Notes: generated by a model not told the origin, from the letters alone. A stretch of 64,000 nt of DNA from Candidatus Poribacteria bacterium (GCA_965205025.1 CBDBFU010000013.1:64001-128000); one strand, 5' to 3'. Positions 11,707 through 24,625 are shown, counted from the first letter of the stretch. Numbers and translations: made by a program.

Positions 11707-11828
11707 TCAAGAATCTATATTTGAATATCGGTTGAATAGAATGTATTACAGTATCATACATCCCTACCTACAATTTTCTATCCGTTTGATTCTTTTCAAT
11801 CCTCATATCGCTACAAAATCATTATAGT

Positions 11829-12696
11829 ATGGCAACCAAAATTTGGAACGTGCTTGAATTGCTTGAATGGACAACAGAATATTTTGAAAAGCACAACATA
11901 CCAAAATCCACGTTTAGATGCAGAAGTATTACTCGGTCATATCATCGAAAAAAGTCGGTTACAACTCTATCTGCATTTTGACATGCCAGTTTATCAAGAA
12001 CATCTGAGTGTTTACAGAGAACTAATTAAAAGACGCATTGCTCTTACACCGATTAGTTATCTGATTAACCGTAAAGAGTTCATGTCCTTAGATTTTTATG
12101 TTGATGAAAGGGTATTAATTCCCCGTCCAGAAACAGAATTTATCGTAGAGACTATCCTCAATACTAATCCTGACAAACCTCAACGTATTCTTGAAATTGG
12201 TACTGGTAGTGGCGTTATAGCGACAACTTTAGCAGTAAATGAGCCTGAATGGGAAATAATCGCAACCGACATTTGTCAGGATGCCTTAGATGTAGCAAAA
12301 AAAAATAGAGATACTCACGAGTGTACAGACCGGATTTCACTGTTACATGGAGATCTCTTTGATCCTATCCAAAATCTGGATACATCCCATTTTAATTGGA
12401 TTGTATCTAACCCTCCTTATGTAATGTCTTGTGAAAATAATGATTTGAGTCCTGATGTAAAAGAGCATGACCACATATTGCTCTATTTGCAGGTGAAGAT
12501 GGGTTGTCAATTATCAGACGACTCATTTCTGAAGCACCGTCCTACCTGAATCCCGGTGGAAAACTAATCTTTGAAATCGGAGATACACAAAGCAACTCTG
12601 TACAAGAATTGATAAATAATCAACCCTCTACGATGACAGTCAGATTATAAAGGATTATGCTGGAAAGATAGGGTTGTTGTCGCTTCTTTAGCATAA
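11829..12696 (+). CDS. prmC: Release factor glutamine methyltransferase (frameshifted in this sequence)
   Basis: PRLDAEVLL, VLIPRPETE, LEIGTGSG and VSNPPY; N-terminus MATKIWNVLELLEWTT from the ATG at 11829; downstream of prfA. Confidence 0.9.
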
Positions 12697-12764
12697 ACCT
12701 GTCAATCATAATACAGATTATGCACTTTTAATGAGAATTTAATTACCAGTAATGGTATTATATA

Positions 12765-13068
12765 TTAGAATTCCATATCATACATTTGACGAATACGTTC
12801 AGCTTCTTTTTCGCTAATTACCCATCCCCTTTCTTTACCACTGATTTTATAGACCTTATCTTCATATTCTAATCGACTTAATATAGTGGATACAATCAGG
12901 ATGGGAATATCTAAGGGTATATCCCGTTTGAATAGTAGAAGTCTACTTGTAATTTCCGCTGTTAGTAGTGGTGGTTCATCTTGTGCGGAAAAAAAGAACT
13001 TCTAATATAGCCTCTTTCATAAAATGAAGACCCATTTCTGCTAACTTTCCACTATTTTCAAAATTCAT
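12765..13068 (-). CDS. Small (~100 aa) winged-helix-like hypothetical protein, one frameshift in an A7 run
   Basis: Manual translation: GGAGG RBS, then MNFENSGKLAEMGLHFMKEAILEVLF/SAQDEPPLLTAEITSRLLLFKRDIPLDIPILIVSTILSRLEYEDKVYKISGKERGWVISEKEAERIRQMYDMEF after removing one base from the A7 run near 12990. Confidence 0.6.
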
Positions 13069-13409
13069 AGTTACCCTCCCTATTATAATAGGTTGTAGAA
13101 TTAAATTTATGTGATTAATTAGTAAAACAATAACAAGTGTGTCTCTATAATTAATGACACATTATCAGGAATGCATAAGGTGCAAAAAATGAATTATTAA
13201 TTGGTTTATTATTTTTTAGTCATTTTCAATTTTTCATTTTCGACAATTATGTTCCATGTAAATTCAATACATTGGGATTCTATTACTTACTATATTATAG
13301 TGTACTATTGTATTATTTTAGACTTGTCAGATCACGTAATCTTTGCTACTATTAGAAGACAATTCTTATAGACAATCTATAATGCTTATGAAATTAATTG
13401 AGACTAACT

Positions 13410-14531
13410 ATGGCAAAATTTGAAAAAGGATCTGTATTTCCCTCCGAACTTAGTGAGTTTAATGATTCCAAAACTGGTACTCATATCTATCAAATAACAA
13501 GTGATGAGACTATTAATCACAACCTATATTTCTTAACACCCTCCTTCACGCCAGATCAAAAACACCTTATATTTACCTCCTATCGATCAGGTAAAGCGAA
13601 TTTCTATATGATTGAATATCAAACGGAGATATCGTCCAATTAACCAATGGTGCTGAGGTACATGGATTTCAGGTGTGATTTCTAAAGAGGGAAAAGAACT
13701 GTTTTACACTGAAGGGGATATGATAAAGCAATTCATATTGATCTTTAGAGGAGAGAATACTGGCGGTATTTCCTAAAGGTAGTCTTGGTGAATGTAGTGT
13801 GAGTGCAGATGAAAAATATATTGTTACGGCTATGAAATTGGATGGAAAATCACATATTACTGTTACTGCTACAGATGGTAGTGGTGGAGAAAAAATTTAT
13901 ACCTCACCTAATCAGACAATTATCCACCCGCAATTTCATCCCAAAAACGCTGAACTCATTGCATACTCTGGTGATCCCGCACCTCGCATGTGGACAATCA
14001 AACGGGATGGAACAGAAAATCGTAAGCTATATGAACATGAAAATAGTGAATTCCTTGTACATGAGACATTCCTCGGATCACAAGACGATCTGATAGTAAC
14101 ACATTGGCCTTATCTCTACGACGTATTTCTTTGAACACTCCAGATGGAAACGATTTCTGATTTCAATGCATGGCATATTGGCCAGTAACCGATCAGGAAC
14201 TAAAGTCTTATGTGATACAGTCCATCCTGATATTGGATTACGTTTGGTTGATGTAGAGTCAGGAAAACATGATCCAATCTGTTACCCTGAAAGTTCATCA
14301 AGTGGTAGTCAATGGAAAAAGGATAGGTATGCAGTTGCTGAGGATTGGGCTGCAGCACAACAGGAAGGGGATAGAGAGAAATCCTTGAGTTGGATGGAAA
14401 TGAAGGTAGATACGGTATATGGACCACAATGGACACATCCACATCCTTCTTTTAGTCCGGATGAATCAGCAGTTGTATATACTTCGGATGTTTCTGGTTA
14501 TCCGCAAGTGTATGTCGCTGCAATACCGTAA
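13410..14531 (+). CDS. Oligogalacturonate lyase (Ogl)-like beta-propeller protein (multiple frameshifts)
   Basis: DSKTGTHIYQIT, HNLYFLTPSFTPD, IIHPQFHP, LVHETF and WTHPHPSFSPD spread over three ORF fragments. Confidence 0.75.
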
Positions 14532-14555
14532 ATGCCACAATAGATAGAAGTAAGA

Positions 14556-15239
14556 TTACTCTGAGAGTTGGGTTATAATACCTTTGAGTGCATCTTCATT
14601 TTGAGCGTATTCTTGTAGGTCAGGATTAAGATCTAATGCCTGAATAAGAGATTTCTTAGATTCTATCGGTTCATTGGTGAGTGCATAAGCACAAGATAGG
14701 TTATAATGTAGCAAGGCAGCGTTTGGGAATGATTGAAGGGCATGTTTGCATATTTCCCTTGCGTTTACAGGTTCATCTTGCCTTAGATATACAGTTGCTA
14801 AATTTACATATCCCTCTGGAATATCTGGTGCAATCTCAATTACCTTCTTGAATGTTGTAATTGCTTTATCATATTGATCTGCAAACATATATGCTTGTCC
14901 AAGGTTATTAATATGCCGATGGAGCATTTTTAAAGAAAATAGTCCGTTTCTTATTCTGTATTGCCTTTTGATAGGCTATTATTGCTTGTTCTGAATCACC
15001 ATTACGCATAAGAAATGATGCTTTTCGGTAGTTATCATTAAACTGTATTTGATGGTGATAAACCCATATAAACCAGAACAAATGCTGCAAGGCAGAATGT
15101 CCAAACATCCAATTCGAATAGTTTTATTGGTAGGAGTTTGCTCTTCAACAGTTTCCTCTTGAGATACATTCTGTTGATGAGAAGTATCATCAGATTCAGG
15201 TTTATTGATTAAGTTATCTTCTTGATTTAGATTGTCCAT
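14556..15239 (-). CDS. Membrane-anchored TPR-repeat protein (frameshifted)
   Basis: Three overlapping fragments: acidic N-terminus and TM segment, then TPRs (NNLGQAYMFADQYDKAITTFKK; LHYNLSCAYAL). Confidence 0.7.
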
Positions 15240-15305
15240 TGTTCATTTTATTATAAAATATCAGTTATACCAGTTTAGAAATGACTATGAAGGAATAAAC
15301 ATCCT

Positions 15306-16365
15306 ATGAAAAAGTACGGTTTTGGAATTATTGGTTGTGGTAGTATATCAGATTTTCACTCCGCTGCAATATCAGAGTTAGAACATGGTCAGTTAGTTGC
15401 CGTAAGTTCTCGTAATGCTGAGAATTCGAAACGACTCGCGGATAGATACAATGTTGATACATATTCAGATTACAACGAGATGCTCAAACGAGATGACGTA
15501 GATATTGTATGTATATGCACACCAAGTGGCGCCCATTTAAATCCTGCTGTTGCTGCTGCAAATGCTGGTAAGCATGTTATTGTTGAAAAACCGTTGGAAA
15601 TCACATTACAACGTTGTGATGAAATAATTCAAGCATGCGATGCAGCAGATGTTCGATTATGTGCTATTTTTAATTCACGATTTACAAATGGATCACAACT
15701 TGTTTAAAGAAACAATTGATAGTGGTCGATTCGGTAAATTGACGTTAGGGAGTTCCTACATCAAATGGTTCAGATCTCAAGAATATTACGATAGTGGTGG
15801 TTGGAGAGGAACATGGGATCTTGATGGTGGTGGTGCCCTTATGAAACCAATCTATCCATGCTATTCGATCTTCTCCAGTATTTTATGGGGACCTGTAAAA
15901 TCCAGTTCAGGCGTTTACAGATACTTTAGCTCACCAAAGAATTGAAGTTGAAGATGTAGCAGCTGCTGCACTTCGTTTTGAAAGTGGAGCATTAGGTGTA
16001 ATTGAAGGAACAACTGCTGCATTTCCTGGTATGTTCAAGAAAACCGAAATCTGTGGTACACAAGGAACTGCTATACTCGAAGAAGAAGATATTACCAAAT
16101 GGGAGTTTGATCCTGAATTACCTGATGATGCTAAAATCCGTGATGAATTCGCTCAACAGACCAATTACTGGTGGTGGAGCTTCGGATCCAAGAGCAATTA
16201 ATCATGCAAATCACCGTCGACAAATGGAGAACTTGATTAATGGAATTGAATCTGATTCAACCCATTTAGTTGACGGTCGTGAGGGTCGAAAATCGGTTGA
16301 GGATTATCCTTGCTATCTATCAATCAAGTCGTGAAGGGCGGATTGTGGAATTACCCTTAACTTAG
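15306..16365 (+). CDS. Gfo/Idh/MocA family oxidoreductase (frameshifted)
   Basis: GIIGCGSI, ICTPSGAH, VEKPLE, WRGTWDLDGGGALM and GGGASDP across fragments. Confidence 0.85.
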
Positions 16366-16390
16366 ATTACAAACCGATACACACAAACTG

Positions 16391-17362
16391 TTACTCTGGA
16401 TAATCAAAGACAATCTTGATTGCCTCATTCTTCTTGTGAAGTGCCATCTCAAAACCTTTTTGTGCTTCTGTAAAGGGAAGATGATGTGTTATTATTGGGG
16501 ACACATCTATTCTACCTTGTGCGATTATGTCTATAGCTAACGGAAAATCATTTTGTATATCTGGACCAACAGATCCAATAAAACGTAAATTTCTTCCTGA
16601 AAAAATTCTGAGAAACCAAAATCGTAGAATTCATCATCTGGAACACCAAACGCGAGTAATGTTCCCTCACGTTTTAGTAGTTTAAGACAAGTATTGATTG
16701 TTTCAGTTTGATGTCCTACAACTTCTACGACAAGATCAGCCATCTCTCCATCAGTTATATCAGTGACAAACTCAATTAAATCTTCAGTCGATGCATTGAC
16801 AGTGTGTGTTGCCCGCATCTTTTTAGATACTTCTAACCTGAAATCAACTAAATCAGTCGTTATGATCCTCTTTGCCCCAAGATTACTCAACATATGGGTT
16901 ATGAGTAATCCCATAGGACCTTGACCTATTACAACAACATCCTGATCCAGAATATTACCCAATTTCCTACATGCCCAGATTACCGTACCAAGAGGTTGAG
17001 ACATTAGGATACAATCTTTTTGTGGATAATCTACTAAAGGAACGGTAGCACTTTCATCAGATAGGAAGTATTCCGCGCAACCGCCAACATGTCGCGGCAA
17101 TGCAAGTACTTCATCACCGATTTTATATTCTTTAGATTTGCTTTCTGTAACAACACCGATTGCCTCATGGATAGACAATCCTGGACCAAACGGGTATCGA
17201 TCAGCTGGATGCTCAAGAACAAAACTTGGCATATCACTCCCACATACGGCACTATGGATAGTCTTTATCATCACAGTAACCATCAGGATAGTCATCCATA
17301 TTGGGTTTATCTATATCAATTATTTCGATTTGATGTGGTGCAACGATTTGCCCCGCTTTCAT
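16391..17362 (-). CDS. Zinc-binding (MDR) alcohol dehydrogenase family protein (frameshifted)
   Basis: Start MKAGQIVAPHQIEII at 17362, VCGSD, IHEAIG and GQGPMG; C-terminus AIKIVFDYPE* in a shifted frame. Confidence 0.8.
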
Positions 17363-17464
17363 AGTGTCTCCTTCAGGATATTATGATAATAACTGTATCC
17401 TATAGCATAAATATAAATGTACGTGAATTATTCAGAAAACATTATACCTGTGTTTGGGATCTAT

Positions 17465-18476
17465 CTACACAGAGTATTCTGATAGAATAGTCAACACTTT
17501 CGAATGCAATGTTTTAGTAGTAGCAATAATACCTCGATTATTGGTCATTCGTCTACCTGTCAAGAAACTTAATGGTTTTCCATGTGCATCTGTAACTATA
17601 CCTCCAGCTTCTTCAACCACCAGCATTCCAGCGGCATGATCCCAAATACATTCGCGATAGTCCGGATAAGCAGGATTGGGTAATCGTATGTATAATGATG
17701 CCTTCTCCTCGTGCAACAATCCCATATTTCGCTTGACTGTCTATTTGGACTGGTGGTGCATTAATGACCGAGTTTATCGGCTATTTTAGCATGGGGTATC
17801 ACTATCTCCATGAGTGGATTCAAATTTTCTGCTAAACATGGTATACTATTAGATATATCTATTTTCTTGACGAAATCACCATTTAATGTGTGAAGTGATG
17901 TTCCTTCTCCTCTAACTGCTACAAACAGAGATCCATTGTCTGATGAATTACCATTAAATTGATGTGGTAAATTTGGACAACCTAATACTCCAAGTTCAAC
18001 TATACCTTCTACAATCCAGGCTAAAGCGATAGCATACTGATCTTTTCTAAGAAATCCTTTCGTACCATTCTATAGGATTCAAGTGTCCAATAACTTTCAG
18101 CTATATCACCACTCCCCCTATCAATCCATTTACAGACTTGTTCCTTGTTTATTTCATCAGATTCATCCTTCAGTGCTTTTCCTGTATTGTTTATATTTAC
18201 AGTAATAGTTCTTTGAATATTATCTACTACACGAGCAAGTAGTTCTGTATTTGTCCTTAGTGAATTGGCATCTTCTTCACCTACAACGATATCCTCAGGA
18301 TAAGTGATCCCAATGGCTTTACAAATTATGGCTTGTGATCCAAAGTCTGCTACAGTCACAGGACTTCTATCTTTCTTTTGTATTGTATCTGAAGATACCA
18401 TATCGGATTGGACCTGTTGACATAATTCCGCTGCCTTAATTACTGCATCAATTGCAATTTGTTTTCTTGTTGTCAT
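17465..18476 (-). CDS. 3'(2'),5'-bisphosphate nucleotidase, HAL2/inositol monophosphatase family (frameshifted)
   Basis: KKDRSPVTVADFGSQA, IVVGEED and ECIWDHAAG...VEEAGGIVTD. Confidence 0.85.
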
Positions 18477-18493
18477 TATTCTCTCTGTCTGTG

Positions 18494-19138
18494 TTAAAAA
18501 AGAGTGTAGTTCTTTCATATTCGTTTGCTTCAGCTAATTTCTTTTTCGCTTTACCAATGTCTTCAATGATTGTTGATCTTAATGTCATAAAGTCATCACC
18601 TTCATGGCGCAAAACATAAGCAGGATTATATGTCGCAATAGCAAACGGTGAGTAACGTGTTTCGGTAAACAGATACCCCGTTCTTCAGTAATTTTAAAAC
18701 CTGATTGAATGAGCGTTTTTGCAGCGGGTGATCCGAGACATAGAATGACAAAAGGTTGTATGGTAGTAAGCTCATTATCTAACCATTTTGAACATGCCTT
18801 AATTTCGGTTATCTTTGGTGGTCGATTTTTCACCCATTCTGATGTTGATCCGCGGCACGACATTTTATGATATTGGTCAACCAGATATCTGCCCTTGTGA
18901 GTTCATTGGCAGCGAGTACTTCGTCTAACATATTTCCAGCAGGACCTGAAAAAGGAAATGATGTGTGATTATCGGCTGCAGACGGACCTTCCGCTATAAC
19001 TGCTAATTTTTGAATTCGGGTTTCCACTTCCAAATACTACATTTTCACGGATTAGATAAATTACAGTCTAAACATTCTGCTGCACGTTTTCTAATGTGCC
19101 AATAGTTTTTCGTTATTTGATAAATGGTCTAACATCAT
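18494..19138 (-). CDS. Uracil-DNA glycosylase family 4-like protein (frameshifted; ends approximate)
   Basis: IAEGP, PFSGPAGNMLD, TNIIKCR, NRPP...EIKACSKWL, LCLGSPAA and ITEERG across fragments. Confidence 0.75.
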
Positions 19139-19190
19139 AAAAAACAACCCAAGTTTCTACCTTTTACATGAAATCGAACCTATTAATTTC

Positions 19191-21825
19191 CTAACTTTTT
19201 TCATACCCTCCAGTGGTTTTAGAAAACTGTATACTTGTATGAATCAGCGTATCTGTAGGATCAAATGTTAACTCATAAACAGGTTTTTCCCCATTTATAT
19301 CGATATTTACTTCCGTATGTAGAAACACCGATTGGAATGAACTCTTCTGGAACATGAATATAGAATGTACCATCCGATTCTCTTGGTGGTTTACAAACAA
19401 GCATATAGCTATGGCTGTGTTCATCCCAACCAGCAGATATAATTTCGACTGCACCTTGTGTATAGTGTAGATCTGTAGATAGAAGCTGAGGTACGTGTTG
19501 TTGTTCGCGTAGACAGAACAATTTCGCTGAACGGGGTGGAATATTCATCAAACTAACTTTCTTGGAAACTATACCTAAATATTGACGCATCCAGAAATCA
19601 TGGATAAGAAAATCCTTATTCACATCTATACTTGTATCTGCTAAATCAAAAAGGATATCTTCTTGATAGTCACTCCAATTAAATATTCCAATCAGATCCC
19701 AGGATTCCCGTGACGTAGATATGGGTAAGTGCCAAATTTGAGGAAAAGGTTTATCAAAACGATCAGTTGAATATGCTGCCTTTTGCAATATAGGTAGTAT
19801 CTTAGCTAATAATTCAGCACGATGTGGAGAGAAGGATGTTGGATCATTCACACAATATACTAACCCACCACTTAATGCTGCAGCAGTTAATTCAACGATA
19901 ACCTCATTTGCAGGTCGTGGTGAATCCACAGACAGTTCGCCATACGCATGACTCCACAGAAGGTTATGTACTGACAAATAACCTGTGTATCGGCTAAGTT
20001 TATGTTTTATTCCATTCTGCTGGTGCCAAGAATCGGTGTTATGGACATACTTATGTCGTAGGAGTGGAAAATTAATTGGCACACTCCCAACACTTACACT
20101 ATCAATAACGTTATATCCAGATAGGATAGGCTTATTCTGTGTAGAATCAATAGATTCCTTAACTGAATTAACAGCCAGATGATACAATTCGGTTGATGTT
20201 AGAGATGAGTCATGCCAAGAGACATTCTGTATAACAGACATCATGCCGCTTGTATAACTCGACATGTCAGTCTTAATTAAGTCAAAACCCCAATCATCAC
20301 TGATCTTTTTTATCCACTTTTTTACATGTTTCTGAGTTTCAGGATGTGAAACATCTAATATGGCAAGTGCTTTCTTTCTCCCTGGAAGGTATACCTCAAC
20401 AGGTTCATTTGTAGGTTCGGAGTTGTTTTCTTTATTTTCTTTTGATGGGTTATTATGTTCTGTTGTTCGCAGACATATATCAGGCCACTTTGAAATTAAT
20501 TTGGAATTACTCTCTATGACATAAGGGTCAATACAGATACTTGCCTTAAAACCAAGATTGTGTATTTTTTCAACAACTGAAGACATACCATCAGGAAAAT
20601 CATCAGTATTTAAATCTATCTCACCAGGATTCATTTGCCATCCGGATTCTATATGTATGTAATCAATTCCTCCAGAATGTATGGATTTGAATAGTGGATT
20701 ATCTGCAATTGATTGTGTATGTTCATTTATAATTTTGGCAGATAATGTTCCATCCTTCTTTTCAGATGTAATACTCCATCCTGAGATAGTCTTATTTAGC
20801 AATACATTCTCAACTGTAATATTATTGGTTTCTTGAGTTACACCATTTGAAATCAGAGCTTCATTGTCTTTTCCAAGTCTTTCTGTATATTGCTTGTAAG
20901 AAGTAGTAGCCTCTTCCACAAAATCGATGTAGCCAATTTCAGTAGTTATTTCGTTTCCTGGTTCACATTCCGTGGTTTCACAATCATGATATAAACCCCA
21001 TGTTGTGATCCCTTGTTGAGACTTACGTTTAGATGCTTGATAACCTACTTGAATACCTGGCCACCATTTGTCAGCTGTTAGGAAACCAAAGAGGAGAGAT
21101 TTTTTGGTTTCTGTGTCATAGAGCATACCATCTTGACAAGGTTGGGATGAATTGTCCTTAGTCAGATTGAATCCATCGTAGATTTTTTTATGTGTACCTG
21201 AATTTGGAGAAATAGGGGGTAATTTTAGATATAGATGGTATTGGGATGGATGTCCCCCTAATTGTATTAAACCGTGCTGTGTTGATATGTCTATTAGGGA
21301 GATGTCTTTTAAGAATAGTGAAGACGAATTAAGATTCTCTACACCAATTTTGAGTAAAACATAGGGTTGGTCAGTATAGCAAGTTAGGTAGGTGTTTATT
21401 TGAATATCGGGTTGATTTGAATCATCAACCTGATTTATTTGCACATTTGATTCTGTGTCGGTTGTCTCAGATGTAGGATCAGAATCGTCAGAACTCTCTG
21501 GGTGATAAGATTCACCATTGTCATCATCTGTTGACTGGGGTGTGTTCTTCTCTGGTTTATATGAAAAACGTAAAAGTTGATATGTTCCATAAGAATCAGT
21601 TTCTATAGCTTCGGTCGTAAATTCTCTAAACCCAGCATCAGATGTCTTATGTGTTGTGCCATCAGTAAGACTTACTTGGGTTAAACCGTTCTTGATAATG
21701 GTCTTTCCTGATTGGTCGTTATAGTTCCAAGTTCCTTTAGATAGGTTATATTCAATTTGGTATTTCTGATGGTCAATTACGACGAGTTTTCCTCGTCGCG
21801 AAACGGAGAGGTCCTCTATATTCAT
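19191..21825 (-). CDS. Alpha-galactosidase (GH36/GH27 clan D)-like protein; frameshift near the C-terminus (~19290)
   Basis: TIM-barrel motifs IHIESGWQ, DFPDGM, LDVSHPE and WGFDLIKTD, plus a C-terminal beta domain (GIFNWSD, IHDFW). The last residues continue in ORF 19191-19454. Confidence 0.7.
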
Positions 21826-22447
21826 GTACTCGTTCCTTATGTTCCTTTACAGACGATATTCTTCAACGTTTGCACCATCAAAGAGTATACTATCTACAGT
21901 TATGTTTCTGTGGAGTACATGAGAAGGGATATTCATGAATTCAATAGCAAAGTACGAATATATCTGAATTAATTAGATATATTCCACAGTATATCTTGCT
22001 AACGGAACATATAAATCTGAACAACAGTTGATGTATTGTTTAGAATGGGTATGAATTGAATAATGTCGTGCTTTTATTCACTACTATAAACAACACATAC
22101 TAAGAATGAGATGAAATGAAGACTATGTTAGCTCAGAAATTGAAGTAGATAATCTACCCATTTAGTTTAGTGTAAAACTGTTCCCCTTTGAAGAATATCT
22201 TATGTTATATAAACTTATGCTTTTAAAATATGATCAATAATCTGAGTTATTATAATATATGTGCTTAGATAGATTGTCTTTCAGAAAACAAATAGTTATT
22301 TTTTAGTCTTAGAATCTAAATTAACACAAGATTAATCAGAATTAGAGTTCCTTCTTACCCAATATGACTTACCATAAAAAGAATGTGGGTTTTACAGATG
22401 TTAATCTCATCTAATTTTATCTATGAATCGAACTCAGAATTTCATAC

Positions 22448-23011
22448 TTATTCAATAAAGCGGAATAAACTAACACAGGTATCTCCATACTGTCTTTGCT
22501 CTTCATGGCTAAGTAAACCAATTTCTGTCGGTAATACGGTTTTCTTATTATGTTCAACTAAGAGTATTCCCGCTTTATTAAGTAGTTTTGTTTCAGATAT
22601 TTGTGTGAGACATTGATTGTACAGATCAGCATCATACGGTGGATCAAAATAGATCAACTCAAATGTCTCTAATTGATTGTGTAATGTCTTAATGCCTTTG
22701 TAAGCATCTTTAGCAATCACTTTAACCTGTGGATCTGATATTTCAATACCGCAGATATGAAGATTTTGTCTTATTAGTTTCAGACTCCCAGGATTGCGTT
22801 CTAAGAAAGTTACCTGCTTGGCTCCTCGGCTAAAAGCCTCTATTCCAATATTGCCAGTTCCCGAACATAGGTCAAGAAAATTAGCATTTACTACGTTGTT
22901 TTGTATAATACTAAAAACTGACTCTTTTACTCTATCAGACGTAGGTCTGATATTCATGTTTTTTGGTGTATTTAGTCGTCTTCCTTTATATTTCCCAGCG
23001 ATAATTCGCAT
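22448..23011 (-). CDS. rsmD: 16S rRNA (guanine966-N2)-methyltransferase
   Basis: MRIIAGKYKGRRL, IRPTSDRVKESVF, LDLCSGTGNIGIEAFSRGA, FDPPY and YGDT. Confidence 0.95.
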   Translation of the reverse strand: MRIIAGKYKGRRLNTPKNMNIRPTSDRVKESVFSIIQNNVVNANFLDLCSGTGNIGIEAFSRGAKQVTFLERNPGSLKLIRQNLHICGIEISDPQVKVIAKDAYKGIKTLHNQLETFELIYFDPPYDADLYNQCLTQISETKLLNKAGILLVEHNKKTVLPTEIGLLSHEEQRQYGDTCVSLFRFIE

Positions 23012-23072
23012 CTATAGTTATTTGATGGGTTGTAATATGGGTACTATCCTACAGAGAAATCCGCTCATGGGT

Positions 23073-24377
23073 TTATACAAACAATTCTTCAATGACAGTT
23101 CCATCATCCACAACCCTAATAGGTCGACCGGAACGTGACATATTCTCTTCATCATAATTGATACCGAGTGCAAAACATAGTGAAGCGAATAGATCCTGTA
23201 CACCTGTAGCTCCTGCTACGACTTCTGTACCGTCTTCGTTTGTACTGCCAATTACCTGTCCTCCACGCGTGCCACCACCTGCAATTACAGCAGACCATCC
23301 ATTAGGGTGATGATCTCGTCCATCATTCTGGTTAATCTTAGGTGTACGTCCGAATTCACCTAACCATAAAACGATTGTTTCATCAAGTAGGTCTCTCTCA
23401 CTAAGCTCTTTTATGAGCATTGCATAGGCTGGATCCACAACTTCAAGAAGTTCTTTTGTTCTTTCGAAGTTATTTTCATGGGTATCCCACCCATCAAGCG
23501 TAATTTCAACGAATTTAACACCTGATTCAACAAGTCGTCTTGCCATTAGACATCCTTGTCCAAATCTATTCATTCCGTAAGCCTGTTTTATTTCTGTGGG
23601 TTCTTCATTCAGATCGAACGCTTTTATCTTCGGTGAATTAATCAATTCATCAGCCTTTTTGTATATAGCTTCATGGGCTTCTGTTCCTAAACCAGAACGT
23701 TTTGTAATAAAATCCTTTTCGAGATTATTCAACATCTTTAGCCGTTGTCGAAATCGGTTTGTATCCATCAATTCAGGATATTCCAGATCATCAATTTTTT
23801 CCATTGGGTTGTTAACAACAAAAGGATCGTGTGTCGCGCCGAGAAATCCGCCTGAGTAGGTTGGTGAATTGATGTTTACACAACTCGGTAACTTCGTTTC
23901 ACTATCTTCAAGATAATATGAAGTGAGAGAACCAAAAGTAGGGTGTCTTACAGCACCCCCAGGAGCATAACCTGTATGGAGTAGATAGCGTGCACGTTCA
24001 TGGTTACCTTCCCGAGTCACCATGGATCGAATAATGGATAGATGATGTGCCTGTTCTGCAACCTGTGGTAAATGCTCTGATACTTCAATACCTTTTACAC
24101 TTGTGGGAATTGGTACAAAGGGACCGCTGTTTTCAACGGATGGTTGTTTTGGGTCGAAGGTGTCTAATTGGCTCGGTCCACCACTCATAAACATGACGAT
24201 ACAGTGTTTGGCTCGTGGAATTACTTGATCAAGTTGTGATGCAGAAGTTCCAAAATGTTGCATAGCAACAAGACCCAAGAAACTGCCTATACCGTATTTA
24301 AAGAAGCCTCTACGAGATATTTCTTTATGCCATAATTCAGGAGTGTCATATTCAGGTACCCATATTTCTGATCTCAT
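23073..24377 (-). CDS. DUF1501 family protein (Tat-exported, PVC-type)
   Basis: SRRGFF Tat motif, FMSGGPSQLDTFDPK, CLMARRLVESGV, GWDTH, GEFGRTPKIN and GRDHH. Confidence 0.9.
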   Translation of the reverse strand: MRSEIWVPEYDTPELWHKEISRRGFFKYGIGSFLGLVAMQHFGTSASQLDQVIPRAKHCIVMFMSGGPSQLDTFDPKQPSVENSGPFVPIPTSVKGIEVSEHLPQVAEQAHHLSIIRSMVTREGNHERARYLLHTGYAPGGAVRHPTFGSLTSYYLEDSETKLPSCVNINSPTYSGGFLGATHDPFVVNNPMEKIDDLEYPELMDTNRFRQRLKMLNNLEKDFITKRSGLGTEAHEAIYKKADELINSPKIKAFDLNEEPTEIKQAYGMNRFGQGCLMARRLVESGVKFVEITLDGWDTHENNFERTKELLEVVDPAYAMLIKELSERDLLDETIVLWLGEFGRTPKINQNDGRDHHPNGWSAVIAGGGTRGGQVIGSTNEDGTEVVAGATGVQDLFASLCFALGINYDEENMSRSGRPIRVVDDGTVIEELFV

Positions 24378-24596
24378 AATCTGTATTTACATTCCAAAAG
24401 AATGCTTCTCCTAAATAACCCGCACAACCTATTTTATTTACATATTGATCTCTGCGGGGTAGATGTCATTGATAGATGCTAATTATCTGATGTATCTTTA
24501 ATTGCTAATGATATACCAATAGGATATATCTTCCAGAACTGAGGTAATTATGAAAAAAATTTCTCTGTTTTCTGGTATTCCATTATCTATTTCAAC

Positions 24597-24625
24597 ATAA
24601 TACCATACATAGGTCTGAATTGCAA
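24597..24625 (-). promoter_or_regulatory. Putative sigma70 promoter for the DUF1501-rsmD unit
   Basis: Minus strand reads TTGCAA-17 nt-TATTAT with TG just upstream of the -10. Confidence 0.45.

Noticed and set aside
24400-24590. Riboswitch in the DUF1501 leader
   Set aside because: One possible stem (CCCGCA...TGCGGG) but no recognisable aptamer consensus.
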